Source: a virus. From it: a stretch of 38,532 bases of DNA. Positions 16,214 through 23,742 of this stretch are shown piece by piece (within the stretch, counting starts at the first letter, position 1; each line of letters starts with the position of its first letter). The stretch lies in the IMG/VR virus record IMGVR_UViG_3300018412_000005, one strand, 5' to 3'. A program made the translations under genes and the position numbers. Below the pieces are notes generated by a model that was not told the DNA's origin, made no database searches, and worked only from the letters and a program-made list of their open reading frames with translations.

Positions 16214-17027
16214 TAAAAACCTATCTATCTGGAAGCAGGTTGAAGAAACGGCGCCAGGTTATACAAAACCTTCTGAGCTTAATGGGCGCATTGTCACCAG
16301 CATTAACGGCACTTACATGGTTAAGCGAGCCACTGAGGTTTTTGGTCCAGTAGGTAAAGGTTGGGGCTATGAAATCACAGAAGAACGCTTTGACCAGGGC
16401 GGCCCTATCATCCACAACGGTAATGTGCTTGGTAACTCAATCATGCACACCATTAAGCTAACGCTTTGGTACCTGGATGAAGAAGGCGAACGCCGAGAAG
16501 TTAGCCACTTTGGTCACACGCCCTATGTGCTTGGCACTCACTATGGCTCAATGACTGACTTTGATGCGCCAAAGAAAAGCCTGACAGATGCAATCAAGAA
16601 GTGCCTTTCCATGCTTGGCTTTAGTGCTGATGTGTACCTTGGCCTGTTTGATGATCAGACATACGTTGAGGCAGCACGCGTTAAAGAGTCGGTGAAAAAG
16701 GCTGATGATGCAGACGCCGAGCTCATTAAGCAGCGCCAGGAGTTTGGCGAGTGGGCAGAAGGCGAGCTTAAAGCCTATGGGCAAATACCTAACAAGGCGG
16801 CCTTGCGCACAGTTCACCAGGGCCACCTGAAGAAGATTGCCAGACAGTGCCAGGTGCTTGGCATTGACCAAGAAAAGGCGAAAAAGCCGTTTGTTGATGC
16901 CTTCCAGGCTCGCATGGATGAAATAGCGCCAGACGTTGACCTGGTTTGTGCGGATTGTGGTGTTGTCGGAAAGGGCAAGCCAGATAGTAAGTGCCCTGAA
17001 TGTGGCGGAAAAAGAAGCCCGGAATAA
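16206..17027 (+). CDS. Rad52/Sak-like single-strand annealing protein with C-terminal zinc ribbon
   Basis: KKSLTDAIKKCLSMLGFSADVYLG matches the Rad52-family K..TD..K+.L..G motif. The C-terminus has CADCG...CPECGG. Confidence 0.55.
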   Translation: MSDKNLSIWKQVEETAPGYTKPSELNGRIVTSINGTYMVKRATEVFGPVGKGWGYEITEERFDQGGPIIHNGNVLGNSIMHTIKLTLWYLDEEGERREVSHFGHTPYVLGTHYGSMTDFDAPKKSLTDAIKKCLSMLGFSADVYLGLFDDQTYVEAARVKESVKKADDADAELIKQRQEFGEWAEGELKAYGQIPNKAALRTVHQGHLKKIARQCQVLGIDQEKAKKPFVDAFQARMDEIAPDVDLVCADCGVVGKGKPDSKCPECGGKRSPE

Positions 17028-17034
17028 TCCGGGC
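17017..17034 (+). other. Intercistronic GC hairpin without U-tract
   Basis: GCCCGG-AATAAT-CCGGGC, with the stop codon of the annealing-protein gene in the loop. Confidence 0.5.
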
Positions 17035-17067
17035 CTAAATTGACAGTGATCCAAAAGGAGAAACCCT

Positions 17068-18222
17068 ATGACTTCACTAAACGAAGTTAACATTGAAACC
17101 GGAAAAGTTGAAGTAGAAGTTTTCAACAAGACTGAAGCGGCGCTTGCTGAATTGCGTGAGCGCTATGGTGTTGTTCCAAGCCTTGATACCGAGGAAGGCT
17201 ACAACTTTGTGAAGGATGGCTTGAAAGAGCTTGTTAGTTTGCGTACTTCGCTTGATGCAGAGCGTAAGCGCATTAAGCAGCCATACCTAGATGCCGGGCG
17301 AATCATTGATGCAGAAGCAAAGCGCATTACTGAAGCGTTGGTTGAGCTAGAAACGCCAATGAAGGATGCCAAGAAAGAGTTTGATGACCGCGAAAAGCGC
17401 ATGAAGGAAGAACGCCTTGCACGCTTGCGCACCAAAATTGAAGGTATCCGTTCTTGGGTGGTACGGGCTCGCAACCAGCAAAGCGCCACTATTGCTGAAA
17501 TGATTGAGGAAGTTGACAGCATTGATATAGCTGAGGACTTCTTTGAGCTAAGCAAGGAAGCCGCTGAAGCCAAAAACGAAACACTTGAGCGCCTTAATGA
17601 AATGTACACCGAGCGCCTGGCGTTTGAGCGTTCAGAGCAGGAGCGCAAGCAGGCCGAGGAAGCGCGCAAGGCTATGGAGCTTCAACAGCAGATTGGTGAT
17701 CGTATCAACAAGCTACGCATGATCCCAATGGATTTAATGGGCAAGAAGGCAGCTGAAATACTAACCAAGATTGCAAGCTTGAGAAACTATGAGCCACCGT
17801 CAGCAGAGTTTGGCGATCGTCACCAAGAGGCGCTTGATGCGCATAAGCAGGTAATCACTCAGCTTGAAACCATGGCGGCGCAGGCTGAAATGGTTGAGCA
17901 GGCAGAGGCCAAGAAAGCTGAAGAAGAAGCGGCCAAGCAAGCAGCTGAGCAAGAAGCAGCAGCTGAACAGGCGGCAAAGGCTGAGGCTGAGCGCAAAGAG
18001 AAGTTTCCAGGCGTTGATATTGACGCGATTCACCATAAGCAAGAGGCGAAAGCCAAGGAGGTTGCACCAGAACAAGAAGAACCAGAGCAGGACCGCGAAG
18101 TAACCATTAAGGCTGTGTGCGACAGTTCAAACAGCAGCGCAATTTTAAGCCTGCTTATGGATCAGTACGCGGTTGATATTGTTGGTGATGAGTTCACCGG
18201 CTTTGTAGTGACAGTTAAATAA
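17068..18222 (+). CDS. Coiled-coil protein, possibly DUF1351-like recombination accessory
   Basis: It is 384 aa, K/E/A-rich and predicted helical, and lies between the annealing protein and the exonuclease. The family call is weak. Confidence 0.3.
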   Translation: MTSLNEVNIETGKVEVEVFNKTEAALAELRERYGVVPSLDTEEGYNFVKDGLKELVSLRTSLDAERKRIKQPYLDAGRIIDAEAKRITEALVELETPMKDAKKEFDDREKRMKEERLARLRTKIEGIRSWVVRARNQQSATIAEMIEEVDSIDIAEDFFELSKEAAEAKNETLERLNEMYTERLAFERSEQERKQAEEARKAMELQQQIGDRINKLRMIPMDLMGKKAAEILTKIASLRNYEPPSAEFGDRHQEALDAHKQVITQLETMAAQAEMVEQAEAKKAEEEAAKQAAEQEAAAEQAAKAEAERKEKFPGVDIDAIHHKQEAKAKEVAPEQEEPEQDREVTIKAVCDSSNSSAILSLLMDQYAVDIVGDEFTGFVVTVK

Positions 18223-18228
18223 ACCATA

Positions 18229-18246
18229 GGCGGCCATAGTGCCGCC
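18229..18246 (+). other. Intercistronic GC hairpin without U-tract
   Basis: GGCGGC-CATAGT-GCCGCC is nearly identical to the terminator hairpin at 30445. Confidence 0.55.
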
Positions 18247-18259
18247 ATTAGGAGAAATC

Positions 18260-18883
18260 ATGAAACCAATTATCTTTTACGACACAGAAACAACCGGCTT
18301 GCCAGACTGGAAAGTGCCAAGCGATAGCGAGCACCAGCCTCACATGGTTCAGTTGGGCGCAATCCTGGCTGATGAAGAAACCCGCAAGGTTATCAGCACG
18401 CTTGATGTGATAATTGCGCCAAATGGTTGGGCTATCCCGGCTGAAGTGTCAGAAATTCACGGTATCACTGAAGATGTTGCCAAGCAGGTTGGCGTTAACG
18501 AAGAAGATGCCATTGTGCTGTTTACTCAAATGTGGGGCGGTGCAAAGCGTGTTGCTCACAATAAGACGTTTGATCAGCGCATTATCCGTATTGGCCTGAA
18601 GCGTTACGGCCATCCTGAAACGCTAATGGATGAATGGGCAGATAAAGACAGCCATGAATGCACCATGCTTATGGCCAAGCCTATCATGCAGCTTTTGCCC
18701 AAAAACAAATATGGATTCAAGAGTCCAAAGCTTGAAGAAGCCTATGAGTATTTCACTGGCAAAAAACTTGAGAACGCTCACACAGCACTAGCAGATGCGC
18801 AAGCGTGCATGGAAGTGTATTGGGCAATGCAGGACCTGAAGGATAAGGAAGAAGCCAATGCTGATACTAACGCGCCGTATTAG
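18260..18883 (+). CDS. DnaQ-like DEDDh 3'-5' exonuclease
   Basis: Exo I is [10 protein letters not shown], Exo II is [10 protein letters not shown] and Exo III is HTALADAQA. The ATG at 18260 follows an AGGAG RBS. Confidence 0.85.
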   Translation: MKPIIFYDTETTGLPDWKVPSDSEHQPHMVQLGAILADEETRKVISTLDVIIAPNGWAIPAEVSEIHGITEDVAKQVGVNEEDAIVLFTQMWGGAKRVAHNKTFDQRIIRIGLKRYGHPETLMDEWADKDSHECTMLMAKPIMQLLPKNKYGFKSPKLEEAYEYFTGKKLENAHTALADAQACMEVYWAMQDLKDKEEANADTNAPY

Positions 18884-19043
18884 TGAGAAATTAATCATCG
18901 ACACCGGGCGAGAAGTGATTGAGATAGTCCCGCTTGGCGTCAATGGTTCCCAGGTTAAGCTGGGAGTTAACGCCCCGCGTGAGGTTGAAGTACACCGCGA
19001 GGAAATTTACGACAGAATCCAACAGGAGAAAAACCGTGGATGA
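18858..19043 (+). CDS. csrA: CsrA / RsmA-family RNA-binding translational regulator
   Basis: It is 61 aa. MLILTRR...[29 protein letters not shown] aligns along its length with E. coli CsrA (MLILTRR...[29 protein letters not shown]), with a 3-residue insertion. Confidence 0.9.
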   Translation: MLILTRRISEKLIIDTGREVIEIVPLGVNGSQVKLGVNAPREVEVHREEIYDRIQQEKNRG

Positions 19044-19443
19044 TAACGCAGTAGAAAAAGAGATCCAGGACAAGGGTTTGACAGCGCCGCGAATTACGCC
19101 GGCTCGCATTGATAGCCTGGTTGCTGATCTTAACGTCCATTGTTATGTGGTGCCTGGCACTACTACAACAGTGGCAACGGCATTCTTGAGCAATGGCTTT
19201 AGTGTGGCGACCGAGATAAGCGCGTGTGCCAGTCCTGAAAACTTTGACGCAGAGCTTGGAATGAAAATAGCCAAGCAGAATGCTGAAGAATCGGCGCGCA
19301 AAGAGTTATGGCGCCTTGAAGGGTACCGCTTGAAGTGCCAGCTGCAAACGCTGGATAACCTTGCGGAATGGTGTGACAAGCATGGCATAAGCCTTAAAGC
19401 GTCACAGGAGCTTGAATCAATCATTTATGGGGTGGACCTATGA
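19036..19443 (+). CDS. N4 gp49 / Sf6 gp66-family protein
   Basis: The GTG at 19036 follows an AGGAGA RBS. The core [41 protein letters not shown]...WRLEGYRL matches that family's signature as I remember it. Confidence 0.65.
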   Translation: MDDNAVEKEIQDKGLTAPRITPARIDSLVADLNVHCYVVPGTTTTVATAFLSNGFSVATEISACASPENFDAELGMKIAKQNAEESARKELWRLEGYRLKCQLQTLDNLAEWCDKHGISLKASQELESIIYGVDL

Positions 19444-19808
19444 GCACCAAAGTAGACCAATTTATTGCCGACCTTGATGGCGGCGTATTCGAGGAAAAGC
19501 TTTCAGCAATCCTTAGTGATGTTGCCGCGTCAGTGATTGACCATGGCAAAAAGGGCACTGTCAGTATCACGCTTGATATTAAGCAGATCGGTAGTAGTCA
19601 CCAGGTACAGATTGACCATGTACTGAAGTACAAGCGCCCAACTTCAAAAGGTTCAATCAGTGAGGACAACTCCACCAGCACGCCAATGCACGTTGGCACC
19701 CGTGGTGCGCTTTCGTTCTTCCCTGAGAATCAGGGGCAAATGTTCGATAAGAAAGGCGAACCTTCAGACAAAGTGAGCGCTTTCCCGAACACCAAGAAAG
19801 TCAACTAA
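19440..19808 (+). CDS. Hypothetical protein (122 aa)
   Basis: An ATGA start/stop overlap couples it to the previous gene. I recognise no motif. Confidence 0.6.
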   Translation: MSTKVDQFIADLDGGVFEEKLSAILSDVAASVIDHGKKGTVSITLDIKQIGSSHQVQIDHVLKYKRPTSKGSISEDNSTSTPMHVGTRGALSFFPENQGQMFDKKGEPSDKVSAFPNTKKVN

Positions 19809-19813
19809 TAGCC

Positions 19814-19830
19814 GGGCGCCTGGTGCGCCC
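19814..19830 (+). other. Intercistronic GC hairpin without U-tract
   Basis: GGGCGC-CTGGT-GCGCCC, followed by the direct repeat GTAAAAAAT at 19834 and 19853. Confidence 0.5.
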
Positions 19831-19865
19831 TATGTAAAAAATCTTACTTAAAGGTAAAAAATATT

Positions 19866-20687
19866 ATGGATAAATCAGCAATCGAACAGATCCAACAGGC
19901 CCAAACAGCAGAGGCAGTACAGGCTGCATTGGATAAAGTTAACCTTCAAACGCCAGTAGTTGTGACGCCTGAAAAGTTCGACATTCAGAACCTTGAGCGC
20001 TACCTGGCTGGCCGCGTTCGATATCGTGGCAATATGAGCACAATCAGCCCTGAAGATTTTGTGCGCTACTGTACTGACCATGACCGCACTGGTGCCGCGT
20101 GCTTCGTTGACCCTGAAGCTATGAATGCGGTGACAGTGTTCAACCTTGGCACAGAAGAACAGCCAGGCCATGCAGACTACACCGCCAAGCTTCAGCTTCA
20201 GAAAACAGCGGAGTATCGCGCTGTGCTTGGTGTTGATGGCAGCAAGATGAGCCAAAAGACGCTGGCAGAGTTCTTGGAAGATTGGGGTGATCATATCCAG
20301 GCATACAATGCTGAAGGTGATGCTATTGCATTAACCAAGGCAATCAGCGCAGTGCGCCGCCTGACTATCGAATCAAGCCGTAAGGAAGATCACGAAGTTC
20401 AGGACTTCAAGGCAAGCCGTAGCGCCCTGGAAAATGTTGAAGCGCGCAGCGATCACGGTATGCCTTCAGGGTTCCGCTTCACCTGTATACCTTACAACGG
20501 CTTGGCAGGACGAAGTTTTGAATTGCGTCTATCTGTGCTGACTGGCGGTGAAGCGCCGGCGCTGGTGGCTCGAATTAAACGCCTTGAAGCAGTTCAGGAA
20601 GAAATGGGCCAAGAGTTCATGGAGTTGTTGAACGACAGCTTTGAAGATTATGAGCTGATCACTTACTTAGGTAAGTTCAGCGCTTAA
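19866..20687 (+). CDS. YfdQ / DUF2303-like protein
   Basis: It is 273 aa. QPGHADYTAKLQLQKTAEY...MSQKTLAEFLEDWGDHI resembles the DUF2303 core. It lies in a phage recombination-module context. Confidence 0.55.
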   Translation: MDKSAIEQIQQAQTAEAVQAALDKVNLQTPVVVTPEKFDIQNLERYLAGRVRYRGNMSTISPEDFVRYCTDHDRTGAACFVDPEAMNAVTVFNLGTEEQPGHADYTAKLQLQKTAEYRAVLGVDGSKMSQKTLAEFLEDWGDHIQAYNAEGDAIALTKAISAVRRLTIESSRKEDHEVQDFKASRSALENVEARSDHGMPSGFRFTCIPYNGLAGRSFELRLSVLTGGEAPALVARIKRLEAVQEEMGQEFMELLNDSFEDYELITYLGKFSA

Positions 20688-20694
20688 CAGGGGA

Positions 20695-20721
20695 GGCCCG
20701 GCCAAGTGCCGGGCTTTTGTT
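20695..20721 (+). terminator. Intrinsic terminator
   Basis: Hairpin GCCCGGC-CAAGT-GCCGGGC is followed by TTTTGTTT. Confidence 0.8.
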
Positions 20722-20798
20722 TCATGCCAATAATGACAATGCTTCAGTTGGGGGTGCCATTTAAAGTGGCATACGCAGCAGCTGGAAAGGAGGTAACA

Positions 20799-21086
20799 GT
20801 GGAAGAAATCAAAGACCTTCACAAAGCCAACGAGTTAATACGGATGCAGCAAGCCAACATTGAATTGCTGGTGGAATTGCTTGATGTGTCGCGCCGTGAA
20901 TATGGATCACTGGCTCAGAAGTACGAGAAGCACATGAACGGCGAAATAAACGGGCAGGCGCAAGAGTTGATAAAGGCGTTTGACCAGGTAATTGAACAAG
21001 CCAGGGGTGAATGCGTTGACCGCCAGCATGGTGTTATCAGCGCTGAAGATGAAGCTTGGCAAACTTTGGAGAAAGCTAATGGGTAA
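20799..21086 (+). CDS. Hypothetical coiled-coil protein (95 aa)
   Basis: The GTG at 20799 lies 6 nt after a strong AAGGAGG RBS. The longer track ORF from 20706 would begin inside the terminator. Confidence 0.5.
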   Translation: MEEIKDLHKANELIRMQQANIELLVELLDVSRREYGSLAQKYEKHMNGEINGQAQELIKAFDQVIEQARGECVDRQHGVISAEDEAWQTLEKANG

Positions 21087-21474
21087 ATTCTCAAGTAACT
21101 TAACCGATCGGCAAAGAGCAAAGCGAGTTGAAGAACAAAAGCTAATACTTATTGCCAAAACATGCCATGAGGCAAACAGAGCGTACTGCCAGGCAATGGG
21201 TGATGACTCGCAGCCATCATGGGAAGATGCGCCAGACTGGCAAGTGAAAAGCGCTATAAACGGGGTGGCTTTTCATATCGTCAATAAAGGCGCAGGGCCT
21301 GAAGCCTCACACAACAGCTGGATGGCCGAGAAAGAGGCTGATGGTTGGATTTATGGTGATGTTAAAGATCCTGAAGCAAAAACCCATCCTTGCATGGTTC
21401 CATTCGATCAGCTTCCAAAAGAACAACAGGCCAAAGATTATATTTTCAGGTCTATAGTTCACGCCCTATCGTGA
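21079..21474 (+). CDS. RyR (ryanodine-receptor repeat) domain protein
   Basis: SHNSWMAEKEADGWIYGDVKDPEAKTHPCMVPFDQLPKEQQAKDYIFRSIV fits the RyR-domain pattern H..W...K..DGW.YG......K.HP..VP...LP......D. The ATG at 21079 follows a GGAGA RBS. Confidence 0.65.
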   Translation: MGKFSSNLTDRQRAKRVEEQKLILIAKTCHEANRAYCQAMGDDSQPSWEDAPDWQVKSAINGVAFHIVNKGAGPEASHNSWMAEKEADGWIYGDVKDPEAKTHPCMVPFDQLPKEQQAKDYIFRSIVHALS

Positions 21475-21482
21475 GGTGAAAT

Positions 21483-21983
21483 ATGGCACGCGGAATTAAC
21501 AAGGTAATCATTGTCGGCAACTTAGGCCAGGACCCGGAAGTTAGGTATATGCCTAACGGTACCGCCGTGGCAAATCTAAGCATTGCCACCAGTGAGCAGT
21601 ACAAAGACAAGCAGACAGGGCAGCCGGTAGAAAAAACCGAGTGGCACCGTGTTGTGTTGTACGGGAAGTTGGCAGAGGTTGCCGGCGAGTACACGCGCAA
21701 AGGCTCAAAGCTTTACATTGAAGGCAAGTTGCGCACGCGCAAGTGGCAGAACCAGCAAGGTCAAGATCAGTACACCACTGAGATTGTTGTTGGCCCCGGT
21801 GGTGAGTTCCAGATGCTTGATGGTAAACCACAAGGGCAACAATCCGGTAATACCGGGCAGTACCAGGGGCAGCAAAGTGGAGGTTATGCCCAGGCCAAAC
21901 AGGGAACAAGCCAAAGGCATAGTGCGCCGCCTCAGTACAATGAGCCGCCAATGGACTTTGATGATGACATCCCTTTTGATTAA
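21483..21983 (+). CDS. ssb: Single-stranded DNA-binding protein
   Basis: The N-terminal OB fold is nearly colinear with E. coli SSB ([20 protein letters not shown]...[31 protein letters not shown]). It also has a Gly/Gln-rich linker and an acidic DDDIPF tail. Confidence 0.95.
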   Translation: MARGINKVIIVGNLGQDPEVRYMPNGTAVANLSIATSEQYKDKQTGQPVEKTEWHRVVLYGKLAEVAGEYTRKGSKLYIEGKLRTRKWQNQQGQDQYTTEIVVGPGGEFQMLDGKPQGQQSGNTGQYQGQQSGGYAQAKQGTSQRHSAPPQYNEPPMDFDDDIPFD

Positions 21984-22013
21984 GACCGTTGCGTGGCCGG
22001 TCATTAAAGATAG

Positions 22014-22052
22014 TCGCGTTATTGTTGCGTGCTTCACGCGTGAGGCACGCGT
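22014..22052. repeat. 11-bp-phased hexamer array L4 (4 units, intergenic)
   Basis: TCGCGT at 22014, TTGCGT at 22025, ACGCGT at 22036 and ACGCGT at 22047. The array also folds as GCGTGC-ttcacgcgtgag-GCACGC. Confidence 0.8.
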
Positions 22053-22103
22053 TAACTTGTTAGCTGTGAAAATAGACCGCCAGCGAAACCGATTATAAAG
22101 AGG

Positions 22104-22131
22104 CTGACTTATATTGACATTGGTTTATAAT
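22104..22131 (+). promoter_or_regulatory. Candidate promoter of the lysis/packaging operon
   Basis: CTGACT (22104-22109), a 16-nt spacer, then perfect TATAAT (22126-22131). It lies in the 182-nt gap after ssb. TATTGACA occurs twice here (22112, 22140) and once in the early control region (15672). Confidence 0.45.
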
Positions 22132-22165
22132 CAACCCTGTATTGACAATAAAAACGGGGTGTTCT

Positions 22166-22594
22166 ATGGCGTTCAAATTTAGTGAAAGAAGCAAGAGCAG
22201 GATGGCCGGCGTTCATCCTGAGCTTGTTTTGGTGTTTCACGAAGCTTTAGCTGTATCACCTATCGACTTTGGTATACCTGAGTATGGCGGTTTAAGGAGT
22301 GCGGAAGAACAGCACTCGCTATTCCTGGATAACAAGAGCAAGGCCGATGGTTACAACAAGCTAAGCAATCACCAGTCTGGTAATGCACTGGACTTCTACG
22401 CCTACCTTAATGGTTCGGCAAGTTGGGATAAGGTTCACCTGGCAATGGTGGCCGCAACAATCCTTTCAACAGCTGAGCGATTAAAAGCGCAAGGCAAGAT
22501 CACAATTTCACTACGATGGGGCGGCACGTTTGGAAACAAAGGCCGCTCTTTCCATGGTTGGGACTATCCGCACATGGAGGTTATCAATGCTTGA
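22166..22594 (+). CDS. Endolysin, peptidase M15 (L-alanyl-D-glutamate peptidase type)
   Basis: Motifs seen: GVHPELV...IDFGIPEYGGLRSAEEQ...HQSGNALDF...LRWGG...WDYPHMEV. I prefer the ATG at 22166 over the TTG at 22142. Confidence 0.75.
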   Translation: MAFKFSERSKSRMAGVHPELVLVFHEALAVSPIDFGIPEYGGLRSAEEQHSLFLDNKSKADGYNKLSNHQSGNALDFYAYLNGSASWDKVHLAMVAATILSTAERLKAQGKITISLRWGGTFGNKGRSFHGWDYPHMEVINA

Positions 22595-23006
22595 TTTATT
22601 GATAGGTCCAGTGACAAGTATCATTGATAAGCTGATACCGGATAAGGAAGCAGCCGAAAAAGCAAAACTCAAGCTTATTGAGTTGCAACAGAATGGCGAA
22701 CTGGCAGAGCTTAATGCAATGGTTGAGCTCAATAAGGCCCAGGCCGACATTAACAAGCAGGAAGCGGCGCATAAGTCTTTATTTGTAGCAGGCTGGCGCC
22801 CATTCATTGGATGGACTTGCGGTATAGGCGTATTCTGGCAGTTTGTCGGGTACCCGGTAGCAACATTCATCATATCCACCACTGGCGCTGTAGCAACGGT
22901 GCCAACAATCCCAACAGATAACCTTTTCGAGCTCATCCTCGCCATGCTTGGTATGGGAGGCTTGCGCACATACGAAAAGCTGAAGGGTAAGGCAAGGGAA
23001 CAATAA
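22587..23006 (+). CDS. Holin (3-TM, gene-transfer-agent-type family)
   Basis: The ATG at 22587 lies 6 nt after a GGAGG RBS and overlaps the endolysin stop. An N-terminal amphipathic helix is followed by INKQEAAHKSLFVAGWRPFIGW and hydrophobic segments. Confidence 0.6.
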   Translation: MLDLLIGPVTSIIDKLIPDKEAAEKAKLKLIELQQNGELAELNAMVELNKAQADINKQEAAHKSLFVAGWRPFIGWTCGIGVFWQFVGYPVATFIISTTGAVATVPTIPTDNLFELILAMLGMGGLRTYEKLKGKAREQ

Positions 23007-23351
23007 ATGGCACGCAGAGCAGCAAAGACTGACGCGAACCAGCAGGAGCTAGTTGAAGTTATGAGGGGTATGGGTGTTAGTGTGGAGATCACAAGCAGCG
23101 CCCATGATGGCATGACCGATCTGGTTGTTGGCTATGGTGGCATTACCGTATTGGTAGAAGTGAAGGATGGGAACAAAGTTCCGAGCAAGCGCAAGCTGAC
23201 ACCGGCGCAAGTGAAGTTCCATGGAGGGTTTAAGGGGGCTATCACTGTGATTGAAACCGTTGACCAGGCTATCAACCTGGTAAATGAGATCAGAAAGGTG
23301 GCGGCCCAGGTCAAAACTAACTGGAATATGGGGGCGGTAGCGTATGCCTGA
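23007..23351 (+). CDS. PD-(D/E)XK-fold nuclease (VRR-NUC / resolvase-like)
   Basis: It is 114 aa. DANQQELVEVMRGMG...TDLVVGYGGITVLVEVKD...LTPAQ shows the D...E.K arrangement of small phage restriction-endonuclease-fold nucleases. Confidence 0.55.
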   Translation: MARRAAKTDANQQELVEVMRGMGVSVEITSSAHDGMTDLVVGYGGITVLVEVKDGNKVPSKRKLTPAQVKFHGGFKGAITVIETVDQAINLVNEIRKVAAQVKTNWNMGAVAYA

Positions 23352-23739
23352 CGGTCAAGGCGGTTCTAACATTATCAAAATGCTGGTTGATGCTGGCCTT
23401 GGGTACCTGTGGTTCATATTCCTTGCGATATGGGGTGGCACCGTGTCTTACATTAACCGAGTCAGAAAAACCAAAACGCCATTTTCCCTGGTTGAGCTTG
23501 TTGGCGAGTGGGCCATAAGTGGCTTTGCTGGACTCATTACCGCGTATCTTTGCGCTGAAATGGGTATGAGCTTCTACATGACAGCAGCATTAACCGGGAT
23601 TAGCGGCCACATGGGAGGCCGGGCAATCTTCATTATGGAAAAGTGGTTCCAACATCGTTTGTACTGGAAGCCAGAGAACGGCCAAGCGCCATTCAGTACC
23701 GGTAAGGATGATGAGGAATATCCGACAAAGAAGGACTAG
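23344..23739 (+). CDS. Three-TM membrane protein, second holin/antiholin candidate
   Basis: Hydrophobic segments are LGYLWFIFLAIWGGTVSYI, LVGEWAISGFAGLITAYLC and FYMTAALTGISGHMGG, followed by a charged C-terminal tail. Confidence 0.45.
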   Translation: MPDGQGGSNIIKMLVDAGLGYLWFIFLAIWGGTVSYINRVRKTKTPFSLVELVGEWAISGFAGLITAYLCAEMGMSFYMTAALTGISGHMGGRAIFIMEKWFQHRLYWKPENGQAPFSTGKDDEEYPTKKD

Positions 23740-23742
23740 GAC

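Noticed and set aside
20706-20798. Upstream extensions of track ORFs that use TTG/GTG or distant ATG starts (20706, 22142, 22530, 15779, 16182, 18239, 18934, 14506, 14091, 28128).
   Set aside because: In each case a downstream start has a good Shine-Dalgarno at 5-9 nt. The extension either overlaps a terminator or the preceding gene, or lacks an RBS.
21649-22098. A 149-aa + strand ORF that runs from inside ssb into the intergenic gap.
   Set aside because: It is out of frame with the unmistakable ssb gene over most of its length, has no RBS, and translates to an Arg/Ser-rich sequence. I treat the gap as non-coding.
22142-22170. TTGACA-N17-TATGGC as a second promoter in the ssb-lysis gap.
   Set aside because: The -10 is poor and overlaps the endolysin start codon, which would give a leaderless or truncated message. 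The upstream CTGACT-N16-TATAAT is a better candidate.
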